Shown: positions 9,394 to 20,656, counted from the first letter of the stretch. The stretch: DNA of 64,000 nt from Bacteroidales bacterium (GCA_024685175.1 JAIKWD010000030.1:10198-74197), one strand, 5' to 3'. The notes: a model not told the origin generated them from the sequence alone. A program made the numbers and translations.

Positions 9394-10166
9394 TGGGCAA
9401 GATCGTCGCCATAGTAAACCAAAAAGGTGGAGTGGGGAAGACTACCACAGCCGTGAACCTGGCTGCCTCGTTGGCAGTGCTGGACTTCAAGGTGCTGCTC
9501 ATCGATGCCGACCCACAGGCCAACGCCTCCAGTGGCGTGGGCTATGAGCAAAACGACGATGCTCTTAGCATTTACGACTGTATGGTCGGGGGCAACCTGG
9601 CCCAGGAAGCTATCGTCCAAACCAAGATCCCTCACATGGACCTGCTGCCCGCCACCATCGACCTCGTGGGCGCCGAAATCGAGATGATCTCCTTCGACCG
9701 CCGCGAGTATCGGATGAAAGACGCCATCTATACGCTGAAGAACGACTACGACTTCATCTTCATCGACTGCGCTCCGTCGCTCGGCCTCATTACCCTCAAC
9801 TCGTTGGTGGCCGCCGACTCGGTGCTGATTCCGGTTCAATGCGAGTATTTCGCGTTGGAAGGACTGGGTAAACTGCTCAACACCGTACGCCTCGTACAGT
9901 CCAATATGAACCCTGACCTCGCTATAGAGGGCATCCTGCTCACCATGTACACCTCCCGCTATAAATCATCCAATGCGGTAGTGGAAGATGTGAAGTTGCA
10001 CTGCAAAGACATTGTCTTCAATACGGTTATCTCTCGTAACGTGCGTCTGAGCGAAGCCCCGAGTTTCGGCAAGCCTATTGTGCTCTATGATGTCCAGTCA
10101 AGAGGTAACACCAACTACTTGAACTTGGCCAAAGAGTTTCTCTTGAAAAACGGCTATACCATCTAA
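9393..10166 (+). CDS. parA: ParA/Soj chromosome partitioning ATPase
   Basis: Deviant Walker A motif NQKGGVGKTTT, followed by LLIDADPQANAS. Confidence 0.9.
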   Translation: MGKIVAIVNQKGGVGKTTTAVNLAASLAVLDFKVLLIDADPQANASSGVGYEQNDDALSIYDCMVGGNLAQEAIVQTKIPHMDLLPATIDLVGAEIEMISFDRREYRMKDAIYTLKNDYDFIFIDCAPSLGLITLNSLVAADSVLIPVQCEYFALEGLGKLLNTVRLVQSNMNPDLAIEGILLTMYTSRYKSSNAVVEDVKLHCKDIVFNTVISRNVRLSEAPSFGKPIVLYDVQSRGNTNYLNLAKEFLLKNGYTI

Positions 10167-10178
10167 AACAATTCAATT

Positions 10179-11057
10179 ATGACCAAAAACGACAAACCGT
10201 TGGGACGTGGCCTTGGCGCCATCCTCGGCGGAGTGGAAATACCCACCGCTAACCCGCAAACCCATCACGCCACGGGAAGCAATAGCTTTATCAAAATAGA
10301 GTCCATTGACGTTAACCCTTACCAACCCCGCGCCAAATTTGACGAAGATGAACTGAAACAGCTGGCCGACTCCATCAAGACTTATGGCTTGATTCAGCCC
10401 GTGACCGTCCGTCCCATCGAAAACGGAAAATACCAGTTGATCTCCGGTGAACGCCGCCTCCGCGCCGCCAAAATGGCCGGCCTGACCGAGATACCGGCGT
10501 ATGTGCGCACGGTCGACGACGTGCAAAGTGTGCAGATGGCCTTGGTCGAGAATATCCAACGCAAGGATCTCAACGCCATCGAAATCGCCCTTAGCTACCA
10601 AATGCTCATCGACGAATGCCATCTTAGCCAAACGGAGATCAGCGAAAAACTCGGCAAGGATATCAGCACGGTCTCTAACTACCTTCGTCTTCTCAAACTA
10701 TCCACTCCTGTGCAAGTGGCGGTGCGCGATAACCAGATATCAATGGCCCACGCCCGCGCCATACTGCCCGTCGAAGACGAGAAACAACAAGCGACCATCG
10801 TTAATAAGATCATCAGTGAAGGTCTCTCTTCAAGACAGACGGAGTCTCTCGTCAAGAAAACTTTAGCCGAGGCCCCGGCTAAAAAAACCAAGGTTAAAAT
10901 CACCTTGTCCGACGAAGTTCGTAACTTCCAGTCTGAATTTTCAAAGAAACTGAAAACTAAAGTCAATATCCGCAAAGACATGTCTGGCAAGGGCACGATG
11001 ACCATCCCCTTTGCTTCTGATGACGAACTCAAGAGAATTATTAAGCTCTTGCAATAA
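10179..11057 (+). CDS. parB: ParB/Spo0J partition protein
   Basis: ParB-box motifs QPRAKFDE, GLIQPVTVR, LISGERRLRAAKMAG, plus an HTH segment (SQTEISEKLGKDISTVSNYLRLL). Confidence 0.9.
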   Translation: MTKNDKPLGRGLGAILGGVEIPTANPQTHHATGSNSFIKIESIDVNPYQPRAKFDEDELKQLADSIKTYGLIQPVTVRPIENGKYQLISGERRLRAAKMAGLTEIPAYVRTVDDVQSVQMALVENIQRKDLNAIEIALSYQMLIDECHLSQTEISEKLGKDISTVSNYLRLLKLSTPVQVAVRDNQISMAHARAILPVEDEKQQATIVNKIISEGLSSRQTESLVKKTLAEAPAKKTKVKITLSDEVRNFQSEFSKKLKTKVNIRKDMSGKGTMTIPFASDDELKRIIKLLQ

Positions 11058-11091
11058 TTCATCATAATGGTTCGTTAGCTACATATTTAGC

Positions 11092-11685
11092 ATGACTATG
11101 AATTGGCGGATCTCAATTGTGTTGTTAATAACGATTATCCTGTTGGGCCACTCCCTGAGTGCACAACAGGATTCTGTCGTATTAAATACGGCTACTCCGG
11201 TAAAGACAACCGACTCCGCTAAAGTTCACAAGCACAGCCCGACTACTGCTATGTTGCTCTCCATTATCCCGGGCGGAGGACAGATCTACAACAGGAAATA
11301 CTGGAAACTGCCTATCGTTTACGGTACAATAGGCGCATCCAGCTATTTTATCTATCGTTTTGCCAATCGTATGGTCATGTACCGCAATGAATACATCTAT
11401 CGCCATACCGAGGGCTGCGAAAGCCTCGTCAATCCCCAACTGGCCGATCAAAACGATGAAAACATTATTCAATTGAAAAATAACAACCGGCGCAATATGG
11501 AAATTGCCATAGGAGTGACGGCTATATTATATGCTCTTAACATTGTGGATGCCATGGTCGATGCACATTTTTATGACTTCGACATCTCCGATGCTCTCTC
11601 TCTACGAATAGCTCCCCAAATCCTTGCGCCTAATATGTCGTTAAATAGGCCGGCTTACGGTGTCGGTATCAACTTAAAATGGTAA
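11092..11685 (+). CDS. DUF5683-family membrane protein
   Basis: Motif LSIIPGGGQIYNRKYWKLPIVYG. Sits in the position downstream of parB that is typical in Bacteroidota. Confidence 0.65.
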   Translation: MTMNWRISIVLLITIILLGHSLSAQQDSVVLNTATPVKTTDSAKVHKHSPTTAMLLSIIPGGGQIYNRKYWKLPIVYGTIGASSYFIYRFANRMVMYRNEYIYRHTEGCESLVNPQLADQNDENIIQLKNNNRRNMEIAIGVTAILYALNIVDAMVDAHFYDFDISDALSLRIAPQILAPNMSLNRPAYGVGINLKW

Positions 11686-11689
11686 TACA

Positions 11690-12412
11690 ATGAGATTTGC
11701 AATATTGGGTTACGGAAAAATGGGCCGACAAGTGGAGCAACTCCTCTTGCGTGACGGCCACGAGATTGCTGTTATCATGGACAATAATGATGACTGGAAA
11801 CATAAGATGGACGCATTCCGTACGGCGGATGTGGCCATCGACTTCTCCATGCCCTCTGTCGCAGTTCAAAACATGTACTATGCTTTCGAAAACCATATTC
11901 CCATCGTGGTAGGCACCACGGGATGGCTTGATCGTTATGAAGAGGTGCGTGATTACTGTGAAAAACATTGCGGCTCACTTGTCTACGGGTCTAATTTCAG
12001 CGTTGGCGCAAACCTTTTCATGCAGCTCAACAAAGAGTTGGCTACCCTGATGGATAAACAACCCCAGTATAGTGCTTCTGTTGAAGAAACCCATCATGTG
12101 GAGAAGAAAGATGCCCCCAGCGGAACGGCTATTCGACTTTCGGAAGACCTACTTCAAATCGTTCGTCGTCTGGACCAATGGCAACTGTCAAATGGCCCCG
12201 TTGCAGATGGTGTGCTTCCCGTTCATGTGCACCGCGAAGGAACCGTGGCTGGCATCCACTCCATCAATTGGATTTGCGAAGAAGACGACATTACCATCAC
12301 CCATAACGCCCATAGCCGTATCGGCTTCGCCAAAGGTGCAATCAAAGCCGCTATTTGGCTTACCCGACACTCGGGCGTCTATGATTTTCAAAAAATCGCC
12401 TTGTCACTTTGA
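11690..12412 (+). CDS. dapB: 4-hydroxy-tetrahydrodipicolinate reductase
   Basis: MRFAILGYGKMGR (NAD-binding), VVGTTGW, ETHHVEKKDAPSGTA. Confidence 0.88.
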   Translation: MRFAILGYGKMGRQVEQLLLRDGHEIAVIMDNNDDWKHKMDAFRTADVAIDFSMPSVAVQNMYYAFENHIPIVVGTTGWLDRYEEVRDYCEKHCGSLVYGSNFSVGANLFMQLNKELATLMDKQPQYSASVEETHHVEKKDAPSGTAIRLSEDLLQIVRRLDQWQLSNGPVADGVLPVHVHREGTVAGIHSINWICEEDDITITHNAHSRIGFAKGAIKAAIWLTRHSGVYDFQKIALSL

Positions 12413-12444
12413 CCATTAATCATTTATCATAACAAAGAATAACC

Positions 12445-14085
12445 ATGTACTTATCCACAACAGCACTTATCATCATATTAGTTATTGTTTTTCTGGGATG
12501 GCAAATCGGCATGTGGGGAATATTCAAGAAGGCCGGCATCCAACCTTGGAAGTCTGTTATCCCTATATACAACATCTGGCTTTGGACGCGCAAAGTGATC
12601 GATCGTCCTTGGTGGTGGTTCTTGTTGTTCCTAATACCATATATTGGTATCTTTATGTTTCTGTATATGGTTTGGGAAACCATTCATCAGTTTAAGAAAT
12701 ATGGCTACGTGGCTCTGATTTTGGGAACCTTGTTCTTTATGTTCTACCTCCCTTGGTTGGGCTTTTCGCCTAAGGAAACTTTCGTTCCTCGTAGCGAGTT
12801 GCCCAAGATAAAGAAAACGAGTGCCCAGTCGTGGGTCGATGCCCTTATATTTGCCGTGGCCGCAGCCTATATCATCCGTTCCTGCTGGTTTGAGTTGTAT
12901 AAGATTCCTACCTCTTCTATGGAAAGCTCGTTGATGGTAGGCGATTATCTCTCGGTTAGCAAACTAGCTTATGGCGTTCGCGTACCCAATACGCCGATTG
13001 CCATTCCGTTTGTCCATAACAAGATGCCTTTTACTAAGTATGGCAAATCATATTCCGAGATTATTAAACTACCGTATATCCGCTCAAAAGCCATAAAGCC
13101 CGTACGCAATAATGACGTGGTCGTGTTCAACTACCCTGACGGCGATACGGTGGCTATGGAACGCCAAGCCGAAAGCTACTATGCCATCGTTCGCGAGTAT
13201 GAGGCCATGTTTAACCCTAACGCCCTGCCCGAAGAAAAAGAGAACAACTACTATCGATATAGCCCTGAGACTATTTCCATGATTCAACAGAAATACCCTG
13301 GCCCGTATTATCCAGGTAAGGGTAGGGAAGTGGTCAACAAAGAATACAAGATAGTGGCTCGCCCTGTCGATAAACGCGAAAACTACGTCAAACGCTGCAT
13401 CGCGATTGCCGGGGATGAACTGAAGATCGTTAATAAGCAAGTGTTTATCAATGGAAAGGCTGTAGAGAACCCTAAACGGATTCAATATTCCTATTATGTT
13501 ACCCATCCTATGGGCAATCAGATTTCTTTAAAAAAACGTAAGGAGCTGGATATCAATGAGGAAGATGCTCAAAAGGTGGACGCCTATTCCTACGTTCTTC
13601 GTCTCAATGCCGATCAGAAGAACATGATCGAGAAAATGGGCTACCAGGTCTCCATCATTGAAGACAAGCCGGGTGCTTACGACCCATCCATTTTCCCGCA
13701 TTCGCCCAACTACAAGTGGAACAAGGACAACTTTGGCCCGCTCGTGGTGCCCGCCAAGGGCATGACCGTGAAGATCGATACGCAGAACATTGTACTGTAC
13801 GACAAGATTATACGCCAGTACGAAGGCAATGACTTGCAAGTCAAAGACGGTAAGATCTTAATCAACGGAAAAGTGGCGACGAGCTATACCTTCAAGATGA
13901 ACTATTATTTCATGATGGGCGATAACCGCCACAACTCCGCGGATTCACGTTTCTGGGGCTTTGTGCCCGAAGATCATGTCGTAGGCAAAGCATCCTTGGT
14001 GTGGCTTTCCGTGGACAAGTTCAAAGATTTCGGAGAGAAAGGCAAGATACGCTGGAATCGTATGTTCAAGAAAATCAAAATGTAA
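12445..14085 (+). CDS. lepB: signal peptidase I with an extra N-terminal membrane module
   Basis: Catalytic boxes [16 protein letters not shown] and [25 protein letters not shown]. The N-terminal ~90 aa ([43 protein letters not shown]) resembles stand-alone DUF5684-type membrane proteins. Confidence 0.85.
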   Translation: MYLSTTALIIILVIVFLGWQIGMWGIFKKAGIQPWKSVIPIYNIWLWTRKVIDRPWWWFLLFLIPYIGIFMFLYMVWETIHQFKKYGYVALILGTLFFMFYLPWLGFSPKETFVPRSELPKIKKTSAQSWVDALIFAVAAAYIIRSCWFELYKIPTSSMESSLMVGDYLSVSKLAYGVRVPNTPIAIPFVHNKMPFTKYGKSYSEIIKLPYIRSKAIKPVRNNDVVVFNYPDGDTVAMERQAESYYAIVREYEAMFNPNALPEEKENNYYRYSPETISMIQQKYPGPYYPGKGREVVNKEYKIVARPVDKRENYVKRCIAIAGDELKIVNKQVFINGKAVENPKRIQYSYYVTHPMGNQISLKKRKELDINEEDAQKVDAYSYVLRLNADQKNMIEKMGYQVSIIEDKPGAYDPSIFPHSPNYKWNKDNFGPLVVPAKGMTVKIDTQNIVLYDKIIRQYEGNDLQVKDGKILINGKVATSYTFKMNYYFMMGDNRHNSADSRFWGFVPEDHVVGKASLVWLSVDKFKDFGEKGKIRWNRMFKKIKM

Positions 14086-14125
14086 AGAATGTTGTTTGGC
14101 CCTAAATAACTATCAAACCTGAATT

Positions 14126-15769
14126 ATGAGGATTATGAAGAAAATAATGACAATCGTGGTAGGGCTCATGTTGACGCTGCCCTCGCTAACGGCGCAAAAC
14201 GATTTCGAAATTGCAAAGAATGTTGACATCTTTGTCTCAATATTGAAAGAGTTGAACGATAAATATGCTGAAGAGATCTCTCCTGGCCAGCTAACTCAAA
14301 CTGCCATTGATGCAATGTTGGAGAGCCTTGATCCGTATACCGTGTTTTACCCTGAATCAGAGATCGAAGACTATCGGATGATGACTACGGGACAATACGG
14401 TGGTGTAGGCGCCCTTATCATGCAACGAGGTAAAGACGTGGTTATTTCCGAGCCTTATGAGAACTCCCCGGCGGCAAAGGCTGGCGTGCTTGCAGGTGAT
14501 GTTATCCGCAAGGTCAACAACCAACCGATGGCTGATAAGACCTCTTCCGATGTGAGTACGGCTATGAAAGGACAACCAGGCTCAACCTTACTGCTTGAAG
14601 TGTTCCGTCCTACAGAGAATAAGACGCTGACTTTCAACATTATCCGAGAAGAGATAAAACTCCCTAATATTCCTTATTCTGGTATGATTGGCGATGATGT
14701 GGGATACATTAAGCTCGATCAGTTTACGGATAAAGCCAGTACTGAAGTGAAAGAGGCTTTCCTGGAACTCAAAAAACAAGGAATGAAGTATCTCATCCTT
14801 GACTTGCGTAACAATGGCGGTGGCTTGCTTAACGAAGCAGTCAATATCATGAACCTCTTTGTGGACAAGGGAACGACCATCGTGGAAACCAAAGGAAAGA
14901 TTCCTGAGCAACAACGTGTCTTCAAGACCTCTGGCTCCGCTCTTGACAAAGATATTCCCGTCGTAGTGCTGGTTAACGAGCACAGCGCATCTGCGTCCGA
15001 GATTGTCTCCGGCGCTTTCCAAGATCTCGATCGTGGCGTCATCGTCGGAAAGAAATCTTTTGGTAAAGGCTTGGTGCAAAACGTGCTGCCTCTGGATTAT
15101 AACACCAGTCTCAAGATTACTGTTTCCAAGTACTACATCCCTTCTGGCCGCTGTGTGCAGAATATCGACTACTTCAACCACGATTCCACCAAGGCGGCCA
15201 AGATCCCAGACTCCCTTGCTGTGGCCTTTACGACCAAAAACGGCCGTACGGTTTATGATAAGGGTGGGGTAGAGCCCGATGTAGTAACGGAAGACAGCCT
15301 GCTTAGCGATGTTCTATTTGCTCTTGTGACCAATAATCTTGTGTTTGACTTTGCGAATGAGTATCATGCAAAACATGACACAATCTTACCCGCTGAGGAT
15401 TTTCGTATCGATGATAAACTCTATGCCGAGTTCGTGGACTTTCTAAAGGACAAGGACTATAGCTATAAGTCCGAGACCGAGGAATTGCTCGAAGATGTTA
15501 AGAAGACGGCAATAGATGACAAGCTTTTCAGCTCTATCGAGCCGGATTACAATCTGTTGTTAAGCAAAATTCAAGAAGAGAAGAAAAACGATCTGCAGAA
15601 ATACAAAAGTGAAATTAGCAACTATTTGTCATCTGAAATAGTCGTTCGCTATTATTATCAGAAAGGTCGTATCATGAACATGTTGAGTGAAGATACGGAT
15701 ATTGCTGCGGCAAAGTCTGTCCTTTTGGATTCACAACGCTATAATTCCATCCTTTCGCCCAAGAGATAA
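14126..15769 (+). CDS. S41 family C-terminal processing peptidase
   Basis: Signal peptide, then a PDZ-like segment (PAAKAGVLAGDVIRKVNNQPM). Catalytic region LDLRNNGGGLL and SASASEIVSGA. Confidence 0.85.
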   Translation: MRIMKKIMTIVVGLMLTLPSLTAQNDFEIAKNVDIFVSILKELNDKYAEEISPGQLTQTAIDAMLESLDPYTVFYPESEIEDYRMMTTGQYGGVGALIMQRGKDVVISEPYENSPAAKAGVLAGDVIRKVNNQPMADKTSSDVSTAMKGQPGSTLLLEVFRPTENKTLTFNIIREEIKLPNIPYSGMIGDDVGYIKLDQFTDKASTEVKEAFLELKKQGMKYLILDLRNNGGGLLNEAVNIMNLFVDKGTTIVETKGKIPEQQRVFKTSGSALDKDIPVVVLVNEHSASASEIVSGAFQDLDRGVIVGKKSFGKGLVQNVLPLDYNTSLKITVSKYYIPSGRCVQNIDYFNHDSTKAAKIPDSLAVAFTTKNGRTVYDKGGVEPDVVTEDSLLSDVLFALVTNNLVFDFANEYHAKHDTILPAEDFRIDDKLYAEFVDFLKDKDYSYKSETEELLEDVKKTAIDDKLFSSIEPDYNLLLSKIQEEKKNDLQKYKSEISNYLSSEIVVRYYYQKGRIMNMLSEDTDIAAAKSVLLDSQRYNSILSPKR

Positions 15770-17319
15770 TGCAGTTGACACGCAAGGATTTCCATCACGG
15801 TTTCTATGTGTTGGGCACGGGCCTGCTTTTGGGATCGTTGCCCTTATCGCATTTTGCGATGGGCCTTTTTACGTTTTTGCTGCTACTCAACTGGATAGCC
15901 GAATGGGATTGGCGGGAAAAGTGGCAAAGATTGCTTGAAAACAAGCAAGGATTGTTGTTCTCGGCCTTTTATCTAGTAATGTGCATCGGACTGATCAAAA
16001 CCGACAACTGGCATAATGCCGGTCAAATTCTTCTGTCCAACCTGGTCCTGTTCTTTGCCCCGATTATTATTATCTCCTCCAAACCGTTTTCCGAGCGGGA
16101 GATGAATTGGTTATACGATGCCTTTATCATTGGCACATTCATTGGCTGTGTCATCTCAGTAGGCTATTGGCTCACACACGAAGTGGCCGATATGCGCGAA
16201 ATATCTATTTTCATAGACCATATCCGTTTCAGCTTGTGCATAGTCTTGGCTATCGTTCTTTGTATTCGTCAAGTGGCCAGAAAGTCAAATATGGGCGACT
16301 TGATGCGCATTGTATACCTGTTTGTGGCCCTAGTGTTGACGGTTTACATATTTCTTGCCCAGACACTCACGGGCGTGGTGGTGTTTTGCCTGATTCTAGT
16401 CGTTGGAGTCGTTCAAGCCTTGACGAGTATTTCCGATCCAAAATCCAAACGGATAACCTCAGGCTTACTGCTCGGCCTGTTGTGCGCTTTGGCGGTCTAT
16501 GTGACCTGGATAACCGTGGACTATTTTCATGATCGAGATAAGACAATTACTACCACACAAACAGCTCTTGGCGGGGAATATACTTTCGGCGAGGAGCTCC
16601 TGGTCGAAAATGGTCATAAGATTAATTATTATGTATGCCGCCCCGAGTTGCAACGCGCCTGGGCTCTTCGTTCCGATTCCACTTTTGAGGGAATGATAGA
16701 AGCAACGCTCATTCGTTATCTCAACTCCAAAGGCTTGCATAAAGACTACCAAGCCGTGATGTCTCTTTCGGATAAGGATATTCGTAATGTGGAACGTCTG
16801 ATCGCCAACGTGGCATACACGCAGCCGCTAGGATTGAGACGTGCCCTTTATCAGACTTACTTCAGTGTCTCCAAATATTTTCAAGACCAAAGTATTATTG
16901 GTTCTTCCTTTATGCAACGTATGGAGCTGTGGAAGGCTTCGTGGTATCTTGCTAAAGATAATTGGCTGCTTGGAGTCGGCTTGGGAGACCAGAAGACAGA
17001 GCTTGATGCCCAACTCGTAAAAATGAATTCGCCTATCGCATATATTACCAATCGTGGATGCCATAACCAAATCTTAACCTATTGGCTGACGGGAGGCATA
17101 TTGCTGATATGTTATTTTATGTTTTTGCTGGCATATCCTTTTGTGGGCATGCCCAAACGAGTCACATTTGTCTATGTGTCCCTGTTCATCATCATCTTTT
17201 GTTCGATGTGGGTGGAGGATGTTATAGACAGCCAGACGGGTAGGATGATGTTTGCTATCCTGATGCCGTTAGTGTTGTTCAACGAAGCAACAAATAAAGC
17301 TGCTTCGGAAAAAGTTTAG
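15769..17319 (+). CDS. O-antigen ligase-like polytopic membrane protein
   Basis: 516 aa with many TM segments and a central loop. Start overlaps the S41 stop (TAATG). Family assignment is by overall architecture only. Confidence 0.55.
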   Translation: MQLTRKDFHHGFYVLGTGLLLGSLPLSHFAMGLFTFLLLLNWIAEWDWREKWQRLLENKQGLLFSAFYLVMCIGLIKTDNWHNAGQILLSNLVLFFAPIIIISSKPFSEREMNWLYDAFIIGTFIGCVISVGYWLTHEVADMREISIFIDHIRFSLCIVLAIVLCIRQVARKSNMGDLMRIVYLFVALVLTVYIFLAQTLTGVVVFCLILVVGVVQALTSISDPKSKRITSGLLLGLLCALAVYVTWITVDYFHDRDKTITTTQTALGGEYTFGEELLVENGHKINYYVCRPELQRAWALRSDSTFEGMIEATLIRYLNSKGLHKDYQAVMSLSDKDIRNVERLIANVAYTQPLGLRRALYQTYFSVSKYFQDQSIIGSSFMQRMELWKASWYLAKDNWLLGVGLGDQKTELDAQLVKMNSPIAYITNRGCHNQILTYWLTGGILLICYFMFLLAYPFVGMPKRVTFVYVSLFIIIFCSMWVEDVIDSQTGRMMFAILMPLVLFNEATNKAASEKV

Positions 17320-18215
17320 ATTATCCCCCTTATTTCGTTGATGTCTTGGATCCCTTCACGTTGACATAAGGCCTCCAATGCTGTTACCAACTCTTTGCCT
17401 GCTAGTGGATTGGTGAAGTTGATAGTGCCAATCTGGACTGCTGTAGCTCCTGCCATGATAAAGGATAAAATGTCTTCAGCCGTGTAAATGCCTCCCATGC
17501 CAACCACGGGCACGTGGACGTTCTTGCACACGGAATGTACCATACGGAGGGCTATAGGACGAATAGCAGCGCCTGATAATCCGGCATATACGTTGTTGAA
17601 AACAGGCTTGCGTTGGTGCACATCGATGGCCATCGCTTGGAAGGTGTTGACCAATGACAGAGCATCTGCGCCGGCGCTTTCGCACGCGAGGGCCATCTCC
17701 ACGATGTTCTCCGCATTGGGCGATAATTTCACCATCAGCGGCTTGCTACACACGTTGCGTACGGCAGAAACCACTTCTTGCGCCACCTCCGCCTTGAGCC
17801 CGAAAGCCATACCTCCGCTTTTGACATTCGGACAGGAGATGTTAAGTTCCAAGATGTCAATGTCTGCCTTCGATAGCATCTCGGCACCTGTTACATAGTC
17901 TTCCATACTATGTCCGCCCATATTGGCGATGAGCACCGTGTCGAAGCGGCGCATCTTGGCAATGCCTTCTTGGATGAAGGCCTCCACGCCAGGGTTCTGC
18001 AGCCCGACGCTGTTCATCATACCAGAAGGCGTCTCGTACACGCGTATGCCTTCGTTTCCGTCCTTGGGATGGAGTGTCAGCCCTTTGGAACTGATGCCGC
18101 CCAGACAACTGACGTCGTACAGCTCGTTGTATTCGTCGCCGAAGCCGAAGGTGCCGGATGCGGCGATGATGGGATTCTTGAAATGTATGCCGAGTAGGGT
18201 AGTGCCAAGATTCAT
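17316..18215 (-). CDS. pyrD: dihydroorotate dehydrogenase (class 1B) catalytic subunit
   Basis: [49 protein letters not shown]. Confidence 0.9.
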   Translation of the reverse strand: MNLGTTLLGIHFKNPIIAASGTFGFGDEYNELYDVSCLGGISSKGLTLHPKDGNEGIRVYETPSGMMNSVGLQNPGVEAFIQEGIAKMRRFDTVLIANMGGHSMEDYVTGAEMLSKADIDILELNISCPNVKSGGMAFGLKAEVAQEVVSAVRNVCSKPLMVKLSPNAENIVEMALACESAGADALSLVNTFQAMAIDVHQRKPVFNNVYAGLSGAAIRPIALRMVHSVCKNVHVPVVGMGGIYTAEDILSFIMAGATAVQIGTINFTNPLAGKELVTALEALCQREGIQDINEIRGII

Positions 18216-18227
18216 AGTGATGATGCT

Positions 18228-18971
18228 TTATTTGTTGGGAAAAATGATGTTTGAAGGAAATACAGGGCCGTCCTTGCATACGCGTTTCATTCCTTCGGCG
18301 GTGCGCACGCTGCAGCCGAGGCAGGCGCCAATGCCACAGGCCATCCGATGCTCCATAGAACACCAGCAAGGCACCTTGGTGGCGGCGCACATGGCGGCTA
18401 CCTTGCGCATCATAATCTCGGGGCCGCAGGTGAACACGGCATCATAGCCTTCGGGCTTGAGCAGGTCGGTGACAAATCCGCGATATCCCTCTTCTCCCTT
18501 CTCGGTGGAGACGAAGATGTCACGGCTGTGCGGCTCGAACTCTTCCACGGCGAACAAGTCGTCGCGGTATCCTAGATATACATCCACTTGCACGCCTTTT
18601 GCGGTCAGCTCTTTGGCTGTCTCGCACAATGGTGGAATGCCGAGACCGCCACCCACAAGAGCCACCTTGCCACTCATTTTATCTATGGGATAGCCCGTGC
18701 CCAAAGCACCGAGCAGACTCACAGTGTCGCCGGCCCGAAGGGTCGACAACTCACGGGTGCCCTTGCCGATGATGCGGTACATAAAGTGCAGGGTGTCTGC
18801 TTCGGCCTTGAAGATGCTGATCGGGCGCAACAACGTTAGCGCACTTCCGGTGGCACGAAGCATAAAGAACTGTCCGGCTGACGCCGGCGCTCCGTTCCGT
18901 CCAACCACCATTACGAAGATGTCTTCCGAAATGCAAATGTTGGATATGACGGAGGTCTGGAAATATTCCAT
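18228..18971 (-). CDS. pyrK: dihydroorotate dehydrogenase electron-transfer subunit
   Basis: FAD/NAD-binding fold with a C-terminal 2Fe-2S motif, MACGIGACLGCSV. Adjacent to pyrD. Confidence 0.85.
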   Translation of the reverse strand: MEYFQTSVISNICISEDIFVMVVGRNGAPASAGQFFMLRATGSALTLLRPISIFKAEADTLHFMYRIIGKGTRELSTLRAGDTVSLLGALGTGYPIDKMSGKVALVGGGLGIPPLCETAKELTAKGVQVDVYLGYRDDLFAVEEFEPHSRDIFVSTEKGEEGYRGFVTDLLKPEGYDAVFTCGPEIMMRKVAAMCAATKVPCWCSMEHRMACGIGACLGCSVRTAEGMKRVCKDGPVFPSNIIFPNK

Positions 18972-19001
18972 ATTGATGTTTTGTTAGTCTGTTAGAAAAT
19001 C

Positions 19002-19868
19002 TTATTTAGCTATGGCACCTAGTATGTCATCACGCATACGAATGGCTTCGGCTCTCGCACAGCCGGCAAAATCCTCTTCGCCATGCTCTTGCTTGCGATA
19101 GGCCAGCAAGATGCCTCGGGAAGAATTGACCACTCCACCATTCTTGTTGCGTAAATACTTGGCGATGTCCTCGGCCTTGCCGCCTTGGGCGCCATATCCT
19201 GGAATGAGGAAAAACGTGCTGTCCAACATGGCCCGGATCTCGGAAGCCTCATCAGCATGCGTACAGCCCATCACCCCTCCAATGCTTGAAAAACCACATT
19301 GCCCAAGATAGGCCTTGCCCATCTCGTTGATTTTCCGACCAACGACATGATAGACACGTTGATTGTTGTCCGTGGGCAGATATTCAATGTCCTTGGCTCC
19401 TTCATTTGAGGTACGAATGAGCACAAAGGCGCCTTTGTGCTGCTTCTCGATGTATGGAAGGTATGGATTGAGACTGTCGAGACCCATATAGGGACTCAAA
19501 GTGATGAAATCGGCCTCGAAATCGCCGGTGAAATGCGCTTTGGCATACATTTCGGCGGTCTTGGCAATATCACCGCGCTTGATATCTGCAATGATGACTG
19601 CATCCTTACTTCTGAGGTACGCCAAGGTCTTCTGATAAGCGCGTAAGCCTGCCAAACCATACGATTCATAATAGGCGATTTGTACTTTATAGCAAGCGGC
19701 CACGTCAAGGGTGGCGTCAATTAAAGCTTTGTTGAATTCAAAAAGCCCATCCTCTATTGCAGGATGTCTTTCGGCAAAGGCAACGGGAAGGTAGGAGTAG
19801 TCCGTATCAAGTCCAACACATACGTGACCATTTTCGGCCACCTTTTTAAAGAGTTTGTCTATGATCAT
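19002..19868 (-). CDS. pyrF: orotidine-5'-phosphate decarboxylase (long type 2 form)
   Basis: VCVGLDTD and IIADIKRGDIAKT. 288 aa. Confidence 0.85.
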   Translation of the reverse strand: MIIDKLFKKVAENGHVCVGLDTDYSYLPVAFAERHPAIEDGLFEFNKALIDATLDVAACYKVQIAYYESYGLAGLRAYQKTLAYLRSKDAVIIADIKRGDIAKTAEMYAKAHFTGDFEADFITLSPYMGLDSLNPYLPYIEKQHKGAFVLIRTSNEGAKDIEYLPTDNNQRVYHVVGRKINEMGKAYLGQCGFSSIGGVMGCTHADEASEIRAMLDSTFFLIPGYGAQGGKAEDIAKYLRNKNGGVVNSSRGILLAYRKQEHGEEDFAGCARAEAIRMRDDILGAIAK

Positions 19869-19879
19869 ATTAAGTGCTT

Positions 19880-20656
19880 TTATTCTTTAATCTTGAGCAT
19901 GAAACCAGTGCCGTGAACATTGCAAATCTCAACCATGGGCTCGTAGCCGTCCACGTATGCGATTTTACGTTTACCCTTGACTTTGGGTGCAATGTGCCCT
20001 TCGTCGTCAATGAGAAGATAAGAACGCAACTTGGTGAGGAATACGTCCATACTTCTGCCTACGGCGTGGTCTTCGTCGCCCCATACCTCCTTGAGGATGA
20101 TTTCTCGTGGGATCAACTTGTTCTTGTGGTCGCACAACAGCTTCAACAACTCGGCTTCTTTACGAGTTAAAGTACGAGTGGCCTTGGGGTGAATGAGCTG
20201 CATGTCGCTGAAGTTGAAGACGAAGTTGCCTAACCTGTAAAGCTTCTCCTCGTAGATTCCAGTGCTGGCAGGCGCTAATAATTGACTTCGACGCAAAATG
20301 GCCTGAATACGCAATTCCAACTCTTCAATGCTGAATGGCTTTGATATAAAGTCATCACAACCCAATTTGAAACCCTTGATACGATCTTCACGACTATCGC
20401 TGTTTGACAAAAGCACTATCGGCATGCTCTTGTCGTACTTGCGAATCGTTTGCAACAAGGCGAAATCCTCCTGAGAACGCATCGACAAGTCAATGATGCA
20501 CAAATTGAATAAGGTGGTGTTAAAAGCCTTCGACGCAGTGTCGCAATCCTTGAAGTCCCACACGCTGTATCCCTTGATTTCGAGATACTCCTTGATGACC
20601 ATGCGCAAATTCTCGCTGTCATCAACTAACATGATTTTGTTAAACTTTTTATCCAT
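19880..20656 (-). CDS. OmpR-family response regulator with no adjacent kinase gene
   Basis: Receiver domain residues: VDDSEN, IIDLSM (phospho-Asp), SKPF. The winged-helix output LTRKEAELLKLL...VHGTGF carries an unusually long insert before the wing. Confidence 0.8.
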   Translation of the reverse strand: MDKKFNKIMLVDDSENLRMVIKEYLEIKGYSVWDFKDCDTASKAFNTTLFNLCIIDLSMRSQEDFALLQTIRKYDKSMPIVLLSNSDSREDRIKGFKLGCDDFISKPFSIEELELRIQAILRRSQLLAPASTGIYEEKLYRLGNFVFNFSDMQLIHPKATRTLTRKEAELLKLLCDHKNKLIPREIILKEVWGDEDHAVGRSMDVFLTKLRSYLLIDDEGHIAPKVKGKRKIAYVDGYEPMVEICNVHGTGFMLKIKE

